In this document: one piece after another, positions 1-12,000 of the stretch
Numbering within the stretch: the first letter of the stretch is position 1
Layout: the number at the start of each line of letters is the position of its first letter
Source: Phoronis australis
Lineage: Eukaryota > Animalia > Phoronida
Direction of reading: 5' to 3'
NCBI GenBank assembly: GCA_002633005.1
Contig: NMRA01000023.1
Span: 1,557,097-1,621,096 of the forward strand
DNA length: 64,000 nucleotides
Notes under the pieces: generated by a model
What the model saw: only the letters and a program-made list of their open reading frames with translations
Told to the model about the DNA's origin: nothing
The model's database searches: none
Position numbers and translations under genes: made by a program

Positions 1-425
1 GTCGCATCATCACACATCACGTTGGTACTGTTGAATAATTCATTCAGAGTCAGTGCAACAATTGAGCATATCCAGCAAACAAGTTTTATGCGACAGGACC
101 CTGGCCTTTAAGGTATCGATGTGTGCAATACATTTCGTTGTTTCATGAACAATGTACAGAGGTATGTACTAGACATAATCCTAGCATTTTAGTAGCAGTC
201 TTTGCTAATTTACTTAAATCTGCATTTTCCTTCCATTAAACTGTGACAGTCCAAAATTACAAAACCATAGCTAGGCCAAACCCCCTACAATACCAGTTGC
301 AACTTTTTTCTCACTATAAATATGTCAAAGGGCATAAAGATCATTGACCATTTTATAAATAGCGAGACATCAAACACACAAAAGAGTGCGGGATAGCAAC
401 CATCCCAAGAAGTCTGCTAGCAGAT

Positions 426-580
426 GTAGGCATAGAAACTGTGGGCATAGAAACAGTAGGCCTAGAAACTGTAACAGTAGGCCTAGAAACTGTGGGCATA
501 GAAACTGTAGGCCTAGAAACAGTAGGCCTAGAAACTGTAACAGTAGGCCTAGAAACTGTGGGCATAGAAACTGCAGGCAT
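426..580. repeat. 15-bp minisatellite (gtaggcctagaaact variants) in presumed 3' UTR
   Basis: Direct tandem copies; accounts for the three repetitive ORFs at 353-671. Confidence 0.9.
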
Positions 581-1130
581 TACTTCATTTAAGTATGATT
601 TCAAGCAGCATGAAGTTCAATTGATCATGGATACATCAAGTAACAGGTACAGTAGGATCTATCCAAAATAAATTGCCAACTTTCAGAGCAGTTGATCATC
701 TAGCTGTGTGCCGTATGTATCACACAAATTTATGCTCAGGGATGGACATTGTTTTTCACCATTGGTAAAAAGATCAACCATGCCCGTTCTAAATAAATAT
801 TGAAACCAATGCAATCACGCTATGGAGATTACTTCAAAGTGAAATGTGATAATCTTAATTATCACATTTCTTGATTTCACATTTCAGCATTAGGTAGATA
901 GGAAGCACATAATTATATAAACTATACACAAAACTATATTATTTGCAATAGTTCACTTGACAATAATTCAAAACCAACCTTAAAACTCTAACACTATCAG
1001 TTTTCATCAACTAATTTTTAAACTGATCTGACCAACAGCGAAGTTCACCTGAACATAAACATTTAATTGGTCAAATGGCTGATTGATTCGTATTTCCTCT
1101 CACAAGTTAAAAGGTCATTACCAAGTGGTG

Positions 1131-3063
1131 CTATAAAAGTTCACTTTCCAGCTCATACCCATACCTTGGTTGATAATGCGTTTTGTAGCGTAGCATGTCT
1201 TGATTTCGCCTATACTGTTGATACTCTTCCCGTAATCTCGCCATGCGCTCTGCATCTTCCGTCGATGTGTCAAACCGCGATGAATTACCGCTGTGGGGTT
1301 CCTGTAGAGATTCTTTTGACCGCCGGCGCCCTCCAGTGGAATGTTGGTTGTACGTGCGCAGGGCATCAAGCAGCTCGGAACCCAGAGGCTCCGAGTCAAA
1401 CTCGTAGTTCTCGTCTCCTGAGATCTCCCGTTTGTGCTTCGAGTCAACGTAAGTTGGCGCATCACTGCTCAAGTCCTCAGTGTTAGTCACAATACCCGAA
1501 CTCTGTGATGTCAGGTGACCAGACGTGCTACGTGATGTGTTACGACTACCACTGCCCACTCCACTACTGTAACTGTCCGGAGAATGTCCATTGTGAGATA
1601 ACTGGTAGTCTAATGGGACATTTCCCCGATAACCACTGGGTACTGTACGGACATTGAGAGGTCTACTGGACAAGCCGTTGCTGCTACTACCCCTACCAGA
1701 ACTACCACTGGTAACACTAACTCTGTTAGCTGGAATGTCTTTGTAAGGCATCACGCCACTACTATACAACGCTGGCTGAACGGATCGATCAGGTTCAGAA
1801 TTCCCAAATGAATCGCCATCACTGAGGCTAGCAGCTTGCAGGGCTTGGTTTCGGATTTGGCGTCTTGATCGCGGCAAGCGCCGGACTTTCTCCACGGCTC
1901 CCTGTAGCTGATCACGAGTATAAGCTAATGGCTTCGTGTTTGTGTCGGAGTTGTCCGATTTCTGAGGAGAAGGAGGTATTCTGGCTATTTTCCTACTTGG
2001 GCTTTCCTCCCTGTAGTTCCCATTCACTTCAGCACCCCCAGGTAGGTTATTCAACTTATCCTGAGAACTTGTTCTAATCGGGGCACTCTCGTGGAATCCC
2101 GAAAACGGGGGAATGGATGACATGTTGATATACGGTGAATTATTCGGATGTAGGTAGTCCTGGTGCCATGAAGGTCTTTCTGAGGATGGTGGATAGACAG
2201 AGCTGATGTCACTGTTGAACGGTACATCTTGAAGCTCGCTCTCTGTAAGGTAAGTTTGCTGTGAGGGTTTCATGGAACTGTGACGTGGAATCTGACCTCT
2301 GTTGTTGGAAGGATAGTTTGGTGTTGACGGTTCAGTACTATAAAAACTATCCATGGGTATGTGGGGATTGGTCGAAGGATGACCATGCCAGTTTGGTAAG
2401 GCTGTGCCATACAGGTTGGCAGGAACATGTCCTTGTGGTAAGGCCATGTGATCCCTTATAGCGGAGAAAGGGGGGTACGGGCTTCGATTATATTCCGATG
2501 GGACACCCGAGTAATGTGTATTAAACTGAGGACTTACATTGTCAGTCTGCAGAGGATATCGCGAGTTGAGTGGAGCATTCGGTGAGGACGGCACAATGCT
2601 GTGAGGGTATTCACCATCGTTATATGGATGGACTTCAGATTCATGACTTGTATCATGCTGCTGTGAATCACTAAAATATGAGGGTGGTGCACTACGGGGC
2701 ACTCTAGGTGGTTTAGGTATGGGGTAATTAACATTATACTCTGGATACAGGAAGACATCATCAGAGCCATTCTCACCATTCACTAACTGTCTCTCATTTG
2801 GACGTGACATTTTTGACCCAGAATGTCCATAATTCACAGACGGCGGCGGCAACTTGTGTTGCTCTTTATTCACACTCCACGACTTCTCCGGTTGCGACTG
2901 AGCAATTCGGTGCTCAAACAAATGGGAATCTGGATCGGGTGCCGCTTTCTTCGGTGAAAGACTGTTGGCTTTGTACCACTGGCGATAACTCTCTTCCACC
3001 AGGAAGATCCTGTTGTGTCTGGTCATACCGAAACCTCCACGATCCGGCTCATCTTCTTTGGAC
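1131..3063 (-). CDS. IGSF9: Terminal coding exon: ~643-aa Pro/Ser/Tyr-rich disordered cytoplasmic tail ending YELESELL*
   Basis: Acceptor gtttcag|GTCCA at 3063, phase 2; matches the long ORF 1131..3125; stop TAG at 1131-1133. Confidence 0.88.
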
Positions 3064-6000
3064 CTGAAACACGTGATCGACAAGCTTAAGACAAGAAGGG
3101 CGACTAAAAGAAAACAGACGTGCATCGAGATTTAGCTCTCGCCCCCAAAATAATGAAAAAAAGTACACTAATTGTTACAGGGTCCGAATGTATCACAAGC
3201 TAAGGGGCGAACTGCCCTAGTTTAGTTGCTCATTTTTTCATAGCCTAGTAGGTTCTGACAACAAAGCCCAAAAATGCTCTCAATTATTTGTTTAAAGTTC
3301 GTTTTAAACCTATGAAGTACCTTTATTGGTTTTGCTTCAAGGTTAAAAGCAAAAAGGCACTTCCAAGATTAAAAATAAAGTGATTAAAGCAATAACCATG
3401 TAATTGTGCTTGATCGAAATACTACTGTATGGGGGAACACTTCTGTGTCAGTGCCAGATAGTGTGTTCTTGGATCTGTGACTCAAGACTCAAGATAAAAT
3501 TTTGATCTTATGCTCCCACTACAAAATTGCTATATAAAGGTTTAGCCAAGTACTTATGGGCACGTCACAGTTTAGAAATAATTTATAGAGATTATATCAG
3601 GAGCAGTTATGTGCAGAGACTTTGCACTTTTGCTCACAGAAGTGATATTTTATCATTTTTCAGAAACAGTTGTGTTGAGTCTCTTGAAATGAAACATCCG
3701 ACTCCTACTTTCAGATATGTCAGGAGTATAGGCTTAAAATACAGTTTACAGATATTTTGTCCAACAGTCTGCATCAAGTGCACAATGTCCGGAGGACTGT
3801 AAAGAACAGTCAGCCTCCCACCCAACATAGTGGAGCAAACATAAGCCACTCGACGCCATCCTTTACACATCCGAGCATTGCCCGCTTCTGACAAAATATT
3901 CACGAGTGTACTGCGAGTCTCTCAAGACATGGTGGGCTTTTTTTCAAAAGAAGAAATTATCAAGTACCTCCCCACCTGACCCCCTTGAGTGAAATACTTC
4001 GCAGACAGAGAATTTTTTATCACCTCGTAACATGACATATCAGTTCTTGTGTGCATTGAACTGAATGAACTATTGGAGTTGCATGTTGTATGAACACCAG
4101 GAGTTTGCAAGCCAGTGTCCGTATTTCACCAGTCTGCGATTCCTAGACAAACCTTAACCCAGTACTAGATTTGAATTTCTGTCTCTGATATGTTTGAGTT
4201 GTGTATTAAAACTTGATAAGGCCAAAAACAGCATAATTACTTCTGGTCTCTGCTTTTTGAAAATCAAGTCATTGGACCATTATTTTTTACAGCAAAAATG
4301 ATTCAGGATTTTTTACTCCACTGCCTGGCAAATCATGGCCTTTCAAACCTTGCTCACCCTTGTTTATGTATCCTTGTGCAGCTTTTGGATGAAATTGATA
4401 CGGGACGACTTTTTTAGTTGGGGTAAAGACCAGAACCAATTTTGTTTTTGTGGCTTAATGAGTTAAATCTGTTTTTTTCAAAAAGCATTAAAACAAAGAT
4501 AATAGAATCTATAATCGCATCAAGTGATAAAATTCTTTCTTTAAATTTTGCAGTTTAAATTAAATAAAAACAAAAACTGAACACAACAATTTTTAAATTG
4601 CTATTCAAAAATAAAAATCAAACAAGAGCAGGTCTTGAAATCGACTAAATTAACAGAATCTTGAAACAACACAAGATACGGTAAACTCTCTCCAATTTTG
4701 GACAAAAATAATTGCTAATTAGTTAATTTTTCCTAATTATTGAAGGCTTCTAACATTGTCCTACATGTTCACAATTTCTTGTTTACAATTTCTTTTTTCA
4801 CAATTTCTTCTTCACAATTTCTTGTAACATTGTCTGGAGGTAAGTATGGTATAAAAATTACTGACTACAAAAACCATCTTCCAGCACAAAATCAAAATTT
4901 TTTAATTAGACCACTTCCCATCATGAAATTGGGTCTCAAATTATTCCTTACTCGATGTGATTTCCGGGCTTCGAAAGAGCTGGCAGTTAGTTATTGGTTG
5001 AGACCAGGGTCAAGGGTCAACAAGTTGGCTTGTCAAGGCGACATTTTATATTGTGCCACGCGTGATCTCATGGACTAATGGATTAGCAGCGCTTTGCAAA
5101 CCTAGAAATGACGTGCCATCCAAGGAACAAGTAGAGACCAATTTTACAGTAGCAAAAGGTCAAAATCAAAAGCACACTTCCTCGACAAACCGCAGCGGTT
5201 ATATTATTTGGTAATTAAAGCTTTTATTTAGTTCTTATTGTCTATAGAAAAACAAAAAGACACATTTCATTTGTCCATCATGCCGAGTCCAAAATTGGTG
5301 AGATTTTACTGTACACACAATGAAGAATCGTGTATGCAACCAGAATAACACAACAAAGAGTCGTGTGTGCACCCAGAATAACACAACAAAGAGGCGTGTG
5401 TGCACCCAGAATAACACAATGAAGAGGCGTGTGTGCACCCAGAATAACACAACAAAGAGGCGTGTGTGCACCCAGAATAACACAATGAAGAGGCGTGTGT
5501 GCCTCCAGAATAACACAACAAAGAGTCGTGTGTGCACCCAGAATAACACAATGAAGAGGCGTGTGTGCATCCAGAATAACACAATGAAGAGTCATGTGTG
5601 CACCCAGAATAACCTCATGCCATCACTGAAAGTACGTGACCAAAGCTCAAAGCCACAAGCATCACCGAAACATACGTGGGGACATTTACTCACAACAACT
5701 TCTGACATTCAAACACCAGGAACCAGGGGCTAATCTTTTTTAACTCCAAATCGAACTAGAAATTATTTTTTTTTAAGTTTCTATTCTACTTTTGTGCGAG
5801 ATAAGTGTCCATTATTCTATGCTTTTAGTATATTATACCGTATTTAGATGACCATCTAATCCTAGTTTGCACTTCATGACCCCAGCACTAAAGATAAAAG
5901 TTCGAGTCTGAGCTTTTAGTTATTTTATTTGAAATCTCAAGATTTTACTTGAGTTCGTAGCAATGATGAATCTAGAGGTCATCAAGTTCGAACTTAAACT

Positions 6001-9000
6001 AAAAAGTGTGCATATAAAACATACTGTACTTAGGTCAGACTTATAGACACTTATCTTGAGTTCACACAAAAAGCAAAAGGGAAAATGCCGAAAATAAAGT
6101 CCAGTTTGATTTAGAGTATAGCGATTAGGCCCGGGCCACAGGACACCACCTCCTAAACCATGGCAGGGTGATCAATCATTGTAATAACCCCACAAATTGT
6201 TTCCTTCAGGATGTTGCGTGTCACCAGAGTACTTAAAGCCACTAACAGAATGACTGCTAAAAACCTCGCACATATTTTAAAATGCCACCTGTTGGCCACA
6301 TCACGTGACCAAATATTCTGCTAAGTGGGCTAGAGCGTCTGCACGATTAGCAGAAACGGTGGCGGCAAATATCTTTTCAGACGTATATTAGGTCACATGA
6401 TGTGGCCAACAGGTGGCATGCAGACTAGACTTGTGATCTATATTTAAGATTTACGTGTTCATGTGCTGAAAACCTGATTTTGTCATCAATATGACCAAGT
6501 TTAATTTGACATACTAGATTTAAGTAACCGTAGTTAGTTTAACATGACTATATTAATGGATATTCAAATGAAGGCCAGTTATGACTTTTGAGGCAAGATT
6601 CGCCGCCGTAAATTCAATTGATACAAAAACTGACAATTTTAATTTGGCTTTGGTATCACTCCTTATATGTGGAAACAAGGGGTTTATGTTTTGAAATTAT
6701 GACCACATGGATATTACAGTTCATATTCTACAAGTTCCAGAAACAACCAATGCCCTGAAGACTCATATTCTTATTAACGCTGTAGTAGAACTAGTCTTTC
6801 AAAATTTGAAGGTCAGTGCATCAAGAACTTTTAATTACAACATGAATCATAATGCAAGCGCTTGATGCTGAAACCTTCTTTTGTGCAAATACAATGGAGG
6901 CTTGGGACTAGTGAGGTAAACAGTCACATCGGAATCTAGAGGGCGCCAGTTGTCAGCATAATGTGACTGGTCTTACTTTCCACACACTTATTTGTATATT
7001 AATCAAAAGAACAAGACAAGACTATTGCACAGCAGAGTTCAAATGTGGTTGAGCAAATTAATTTGAGCCTGAGGTTCTCACAGGACTAGAAAACATGTGA
7101 CCTCCACAAAAATTGAGGGAATCGCCATCAGTAGAAAACAACGGAAAGATTGATTTTCTGTGGATTACTTAGATCAAACATCATTTGCCATTGATTAGCC
7201 CACTAAAGCAATGAATTTCACACCTTTCATGATTAAATAGTGCCCTCGCTGCAAAAACATTCAAATTTGAACTCTGATTGTCATACAACAGCTATACATC
7301 TATCATCCAACTATTTAGGTAAGATGGTTATACCATTACATGCAGGGGGGCCATGCAAACATCAGACGAGGATTTCACCTGTATGGTTCAAGTTCCTGAT
7401 AGCATGGGGAGACAGAAAAAGGTTAATAACATGTTAGTAGGTTAATAATATGTTAGTAGAGTGAAACAGTTGTTCTACGGTACTGCCAACCATGAAAGGA
7501 CACTAAGACAATGTTTAGTTTGTAAGTTCTCCAACTAGATACCTACGGAAACAATGCCAGGTAACCCTTGTCAAACATTCTAAGTTTGGAGAATGTTTGA
7601 ATAATCTTATAAAGTCTGCTTGCTTAGCAAAAGCAAGGGTGCGTTCCGTACATGTAAGAATTTTGCCAAAAAGCAAGATGATGCGAAACTGGAATACGCT
7701 TAGGACAATGGCAAAGTACCCATTAATGGCAGCCACAGAGGTTATTGGTCAGCTAATTAAGTTGTAATGCTAACTTATGTGACAGAAGATACTGTTTCTG
7801 TTCTGTAAGCAAATATTTTTTGCCACAAGCGCTTTGTAAGTGTCTCAGGCGTAAGAAACTCGATCAGCCAATGTTTCAATTGAGTTCATGGACAGCTGTG
7901 AGGAACCCCCAGGCCACAACAGGAATATCTGTTTTAGCTGACAAACCTTTCACCACTGGAAGGCATATACTAATCAACATACAAGGGCACGTGACAGACT
8001 TAATTTTGCGTGAAATCAACCTACAGAGTTTAGTATCCTTTTAAGTTTTGGCAGAATACCGGAAGCAATGGAAAACGATAAGAAGCAAACATGTACATTA
8101 CACTAGCATGTTAGTAGTTAAGAACAACTCGCACAATTTTGTCGTTAATCTGCGGCACTATTGCCACTTTCCCATTGATGACGCAACTCCCATTTTGCAG
8201 AATTACGGTCACTGGGAAAGTGCAACTACCGGCATTAAACAGTCATCACCTGACTCTTCTCAAAATAGTTCGATTAAACTGAGGCATTGCTCGCTCCCCT
8301 CAAACACAAAATGTTTACTCTACTCCACTAGAGGCCGCAGCATGCATCACAGGTGTTCAATCGAAAGAGCAAATCAACTATGCCATCTCAGGTTTAATTC
8401 CCATAACTGGTGAAAATTCTGAGAGAAGTTTGTGAGAAAGATAAGGGGAGTTGCAATGGAGTAGCGATAGACCAGAGTTTCACTAATGGGGAAAGTGAGA
8501 TGGGAAAGGTTAGCTTGGAAAATCCAGCCTGTGAACAAAATTCTTGAGCAAAGGGTTTCTTTGGTCATTCTACCAAAGGTGGGGATTCCCCCCCCCCCCC
8601 CCCCCCCCACCNNNNNNNNNNNNNNNNNNNNNNNNNNNNNNNNNNNNNNNNNNNNNNNNNNNNNNNNNNNNNNNNNNNNNNNNNNNNNNNNNNNNNNNNN
8701 NNNNNNNNNNNNNNNNNNNNNNNNNNNNNNNNNNNNNNNNNNNNNNNNNNNNNNNNNNNNNNNNNNNNNNNNNNNNNNNNNNNNNNNNNNNNNNNNNNNN
8801 NNNNNNNNNNNNNNNNNNNNNNNNNNNNNNNNNNNNNNNNNNNNNNNNNNNNNNNNNNNNNNNNNNNNNNNNNNNNNNNNNNNNNNNNNNNNNNNNNNNN
8901 NNNNNNNNNNNNNNNNNNNNNNNNNNNNNNNNNNNNNNNNNNNNNNNNNNNNNNNNNNNNNNNNNNNNNNNNNNNNNNNNNNNNNNNNNNNNNNNNNNNN

Positions 9001-12000
9001 NNNNNNNNNNNNNNNNNNNNNNNNNNNNNNNNNNNNNNNNNNNNNNNNNNNNNNNTAAGTTTGGAGAATGTTTGAATAATCTTATAAAGTCTGCTTGCTT
9101 AGCAAAAGCAAGGGTGCGTTCCGTACATGTAAGAATTTTGCCAAAAAGCAAGATGATGCGAAACTGGAATACGCTTAGGACAATGGCAAAGTACCCATTA
9201 ATGGCAGCCACAGAGGTTATTGGTCAGCTAAGTTGTAATGCTAACTTATGTGACAGAAGATACTGTTTCTGTTCTGTAAGCAAATATTTTTTGCCACAAG
9301 CACTTTGTAAGTGTCTCAGGCGTAAGAAACTCGATCAGCCAATGTTTCAATTGAGTTCATGGACAGCTGTGAGGAACCCCCAGGCCACCACAGGAATATC
9401 TGTTTTAGCTGACAAACCTTTCACCACCGGAAGACATATACTAATCAACATACAAGGGCACGTGACAGACTTAATTTTGCGTGAAATCAACCTACAGAGT
9501 TTAGTATCCTTTTAAGTTTTGGCAGAATACTGGATGCAATGGAAAACGATAAGAAGCAAACATGTACATTACAGAAGCATGTTAATAGTGAAGAACTCGC
9601 ACAATTTTGTCGTTAATCTGCGGCACTATTGCCACTTTCCCATTGATGACGCAACTCCCATTTTGCAGAATTACGGTCAGTGGGAAAGTGCAACTACCGG
9701 CATTAAACAGTCATCACCTGACTCTTCACAAAATAGTTCGATTAAACTGAGGCATTGCTCACTCCTGACAAAATGTTTACTCTACTCCACTAGAGGCCGC
9801 AGCATGCATCACAGATGTTCAATCGAAAGAGCAAATCAACTATGCCATCTCGGGTTTAATTCCCATAACTGGTGAAAATTCTGAGAGAAGTACGTGAGAA
9901 AGATAAGGGGAGTTGCTATGGAGTAGCGATAGACCAGAGTTTCACTAATGGGGAAAGTGAGATGGGAAAGGTTAGCTTGGAAAATCCAGCCAGTGAACAA
10001 AATTCTTGAGCAAGGGTTTCTTTGCATGGTCATTCTACCAAAGGTGGGGATTTCCCACCCACCCCCAATGAAATCATCACAGGCCGGTATTTCACCCTCC
10101 CAGGGAAGTCAGCAATCGTGTTATGTTTTGGCTAGAATTTGCCATCATTTGCTATGAATCATCTGAGGTATCAATTCTGTCAGGTGTCAAGGAAATGCAT
10201 TAGTTTGGATTGTTAATATCCTTCGACATACCTTGCCCATCATGTAGAGAGAAGTTATTCAGGGGAAACAACCACAGTTTTGTCCAGCTATAGTGTGAAG
10301 TTAGCTTTCTTGTAAGTATCAAATGACGAGTTGGTAAGTAATCACAAAGTTGACGAACATTGTCCAATCAAAAAAGGTTGCACTGTAGTCAAGGCGACAT
10401 GGTTTTGTCAACTTACATAATCAGTGGAGCAGGATGTGTTGTGTGATTGGTGTCTATGTACTTGACGTTGTTTACTGCACCTGCAACATAACAACAGATG
10501 TAAACTTAGACATTAAGAAGACCATGTAAACCCTTATAAGCTTAAAAATGAGAAACAGCAAAAATAGCCACTAAACAACCACACTAGTCTGTCAGATATA
10601 GAGTGGTGGTGGTCCCTATTCACCAGTCAGTCGGATGTAGAGTGGTGGTGGTCCCTTTACAATACTATCAATACTGTACAAAAAAAAAATCTTTAATAGC
10701 CTAATATTTGAGTTTCAGGAATATGGGAAATTCAAGTGCGTAACACTCACTGTACTTGACCCGTTTCTGATGGGCCTTCTTCCTGCGTATCCGCACAATG
10801 AACACCACGGCAACGATGAAGACAACAAGAATGGCAATGCACGCTGCTGATATCCCCCAGATGGCAGGCTCAGACAGGCGAATTTCTGCAAGAGACAATG
10901 GACAACACAGTGTGTATTGTTTGAAAGATCACATGTCAAGAAAAAACAGAAACACTCAAATTTTGCTCCTTTTATTCGTTTTTAGAGTACTCGTCCAACC
11001 AATTAGTGTAGACGAGCAGATTCTTTAAATTTTTGGAACAAATTAACGAACCAAAAGTCTCATTAACTTTCAAAAGTTTGGAACAAGCTTGAAAACTAAT
11101 AAAATATGCTAAATTGGCAAGTGCGACATGGTTTAGTTAAGAAACATCTGTGGGAAAAACTGGGTGAGTTGTGGGAAAAACTGGGTGAGTTAAGGGACAC
11201 CAGTGGGAAAAACTAGGTGTGTTACGAGCCATCTCATAGGGAAAACTAGGCGAGTTGAGAGACATCTGTGGGAAAAATTGGGTGAGTTGAGACATTTGTG
11301 GGGAAAACTAACTGGGTGAGTTATAATAGACATCTGTGGGAAAAACTGCCCTCTTCAAATAACAGGGTCCACTATGTGAGTGTTACAACTGAAATTCATC
11401 TGCCCAAGGATGTGTTAATTGCAAAACACCATGGACAGAGAACAAGTTTGCATGACTAACAACACATGGTTAAGGTTCTACAATATAATTACTTTAAAAG
11501 TTCTGTAATATCTAGTACCTGGTATTGCCTTTAAAGTAACAGGTAAAGAGTACATCTCACTGAATGACATTAGACTCATTGAGCGCACCCTAAACTCATA
11601 TGACTTTGCCGACTTGGGCTTAAACTGGAGGAACGTAGCTGGAGTTATTTTTGCCTCCTTCCAGTCCTCATCATCTGGCTTGTACTCAACTCTGTAGCAT
11701 AAGGCAGGGACGGTCAAGTTCTTAGGAGGGTTCCATGATACAAGTACTTCCTCCGACGTGACCCACTTGACAGTGAGGTCAATAGGGGGATTTGGACGTT
11801 CACCTAAAAGATGAAAGCAAATTGAATTATGGTTGCTGAGCAAAGATTCACCAATATTTTTTTGAAATTAATACAGACCTTTGCAGTATGAGAAAATGAT
11901 ATGAAAGCTAGAAATTATCATTAAAATATTCAGTAGACAATTACAATGTTTTATAAGAAAGCGTAGTTTCAGTTTCAGGCACAAATTCATCAATTTTTGT

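Noticed and set aside
1067-3067. Several plus-strand and alternate-frame ORFs overlapping the last exon
   Set aside because: Shadow ORFs of a GC-richer coding exon; no recognisable domains.
3064-3125. ATG plus signal-peptide-like MHVCFLLVALLVLSLSITCF making the 664-aa ORF look like a stand-alone secreted protein
   Set aside because: It is the translated T-rich acceptor region of the last exon; the phase-matched upstream exon and TM show the ORF is the cytoplasmic tail.
5235-5733. Repetitive 11-aa-period ORFs on both strands; superficially CRISPR-like regular repeats
   Set aside because: 33-bp head-to-tail minisatellite with no unique spacers; eukaryotic intron; no cas genes.
7515-10157. Paired ORFs, including poly-X ORFs, suggesting a duplicated gene
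   Set aside because: Products of the N gap and the allelic duplication; no coding signature.
11421-11443. CACCATGGACAG resembling an RE1/NRSE site
   Set aside because: Left half-site (TTCAG) absent, and REST is not expected outside chordates.
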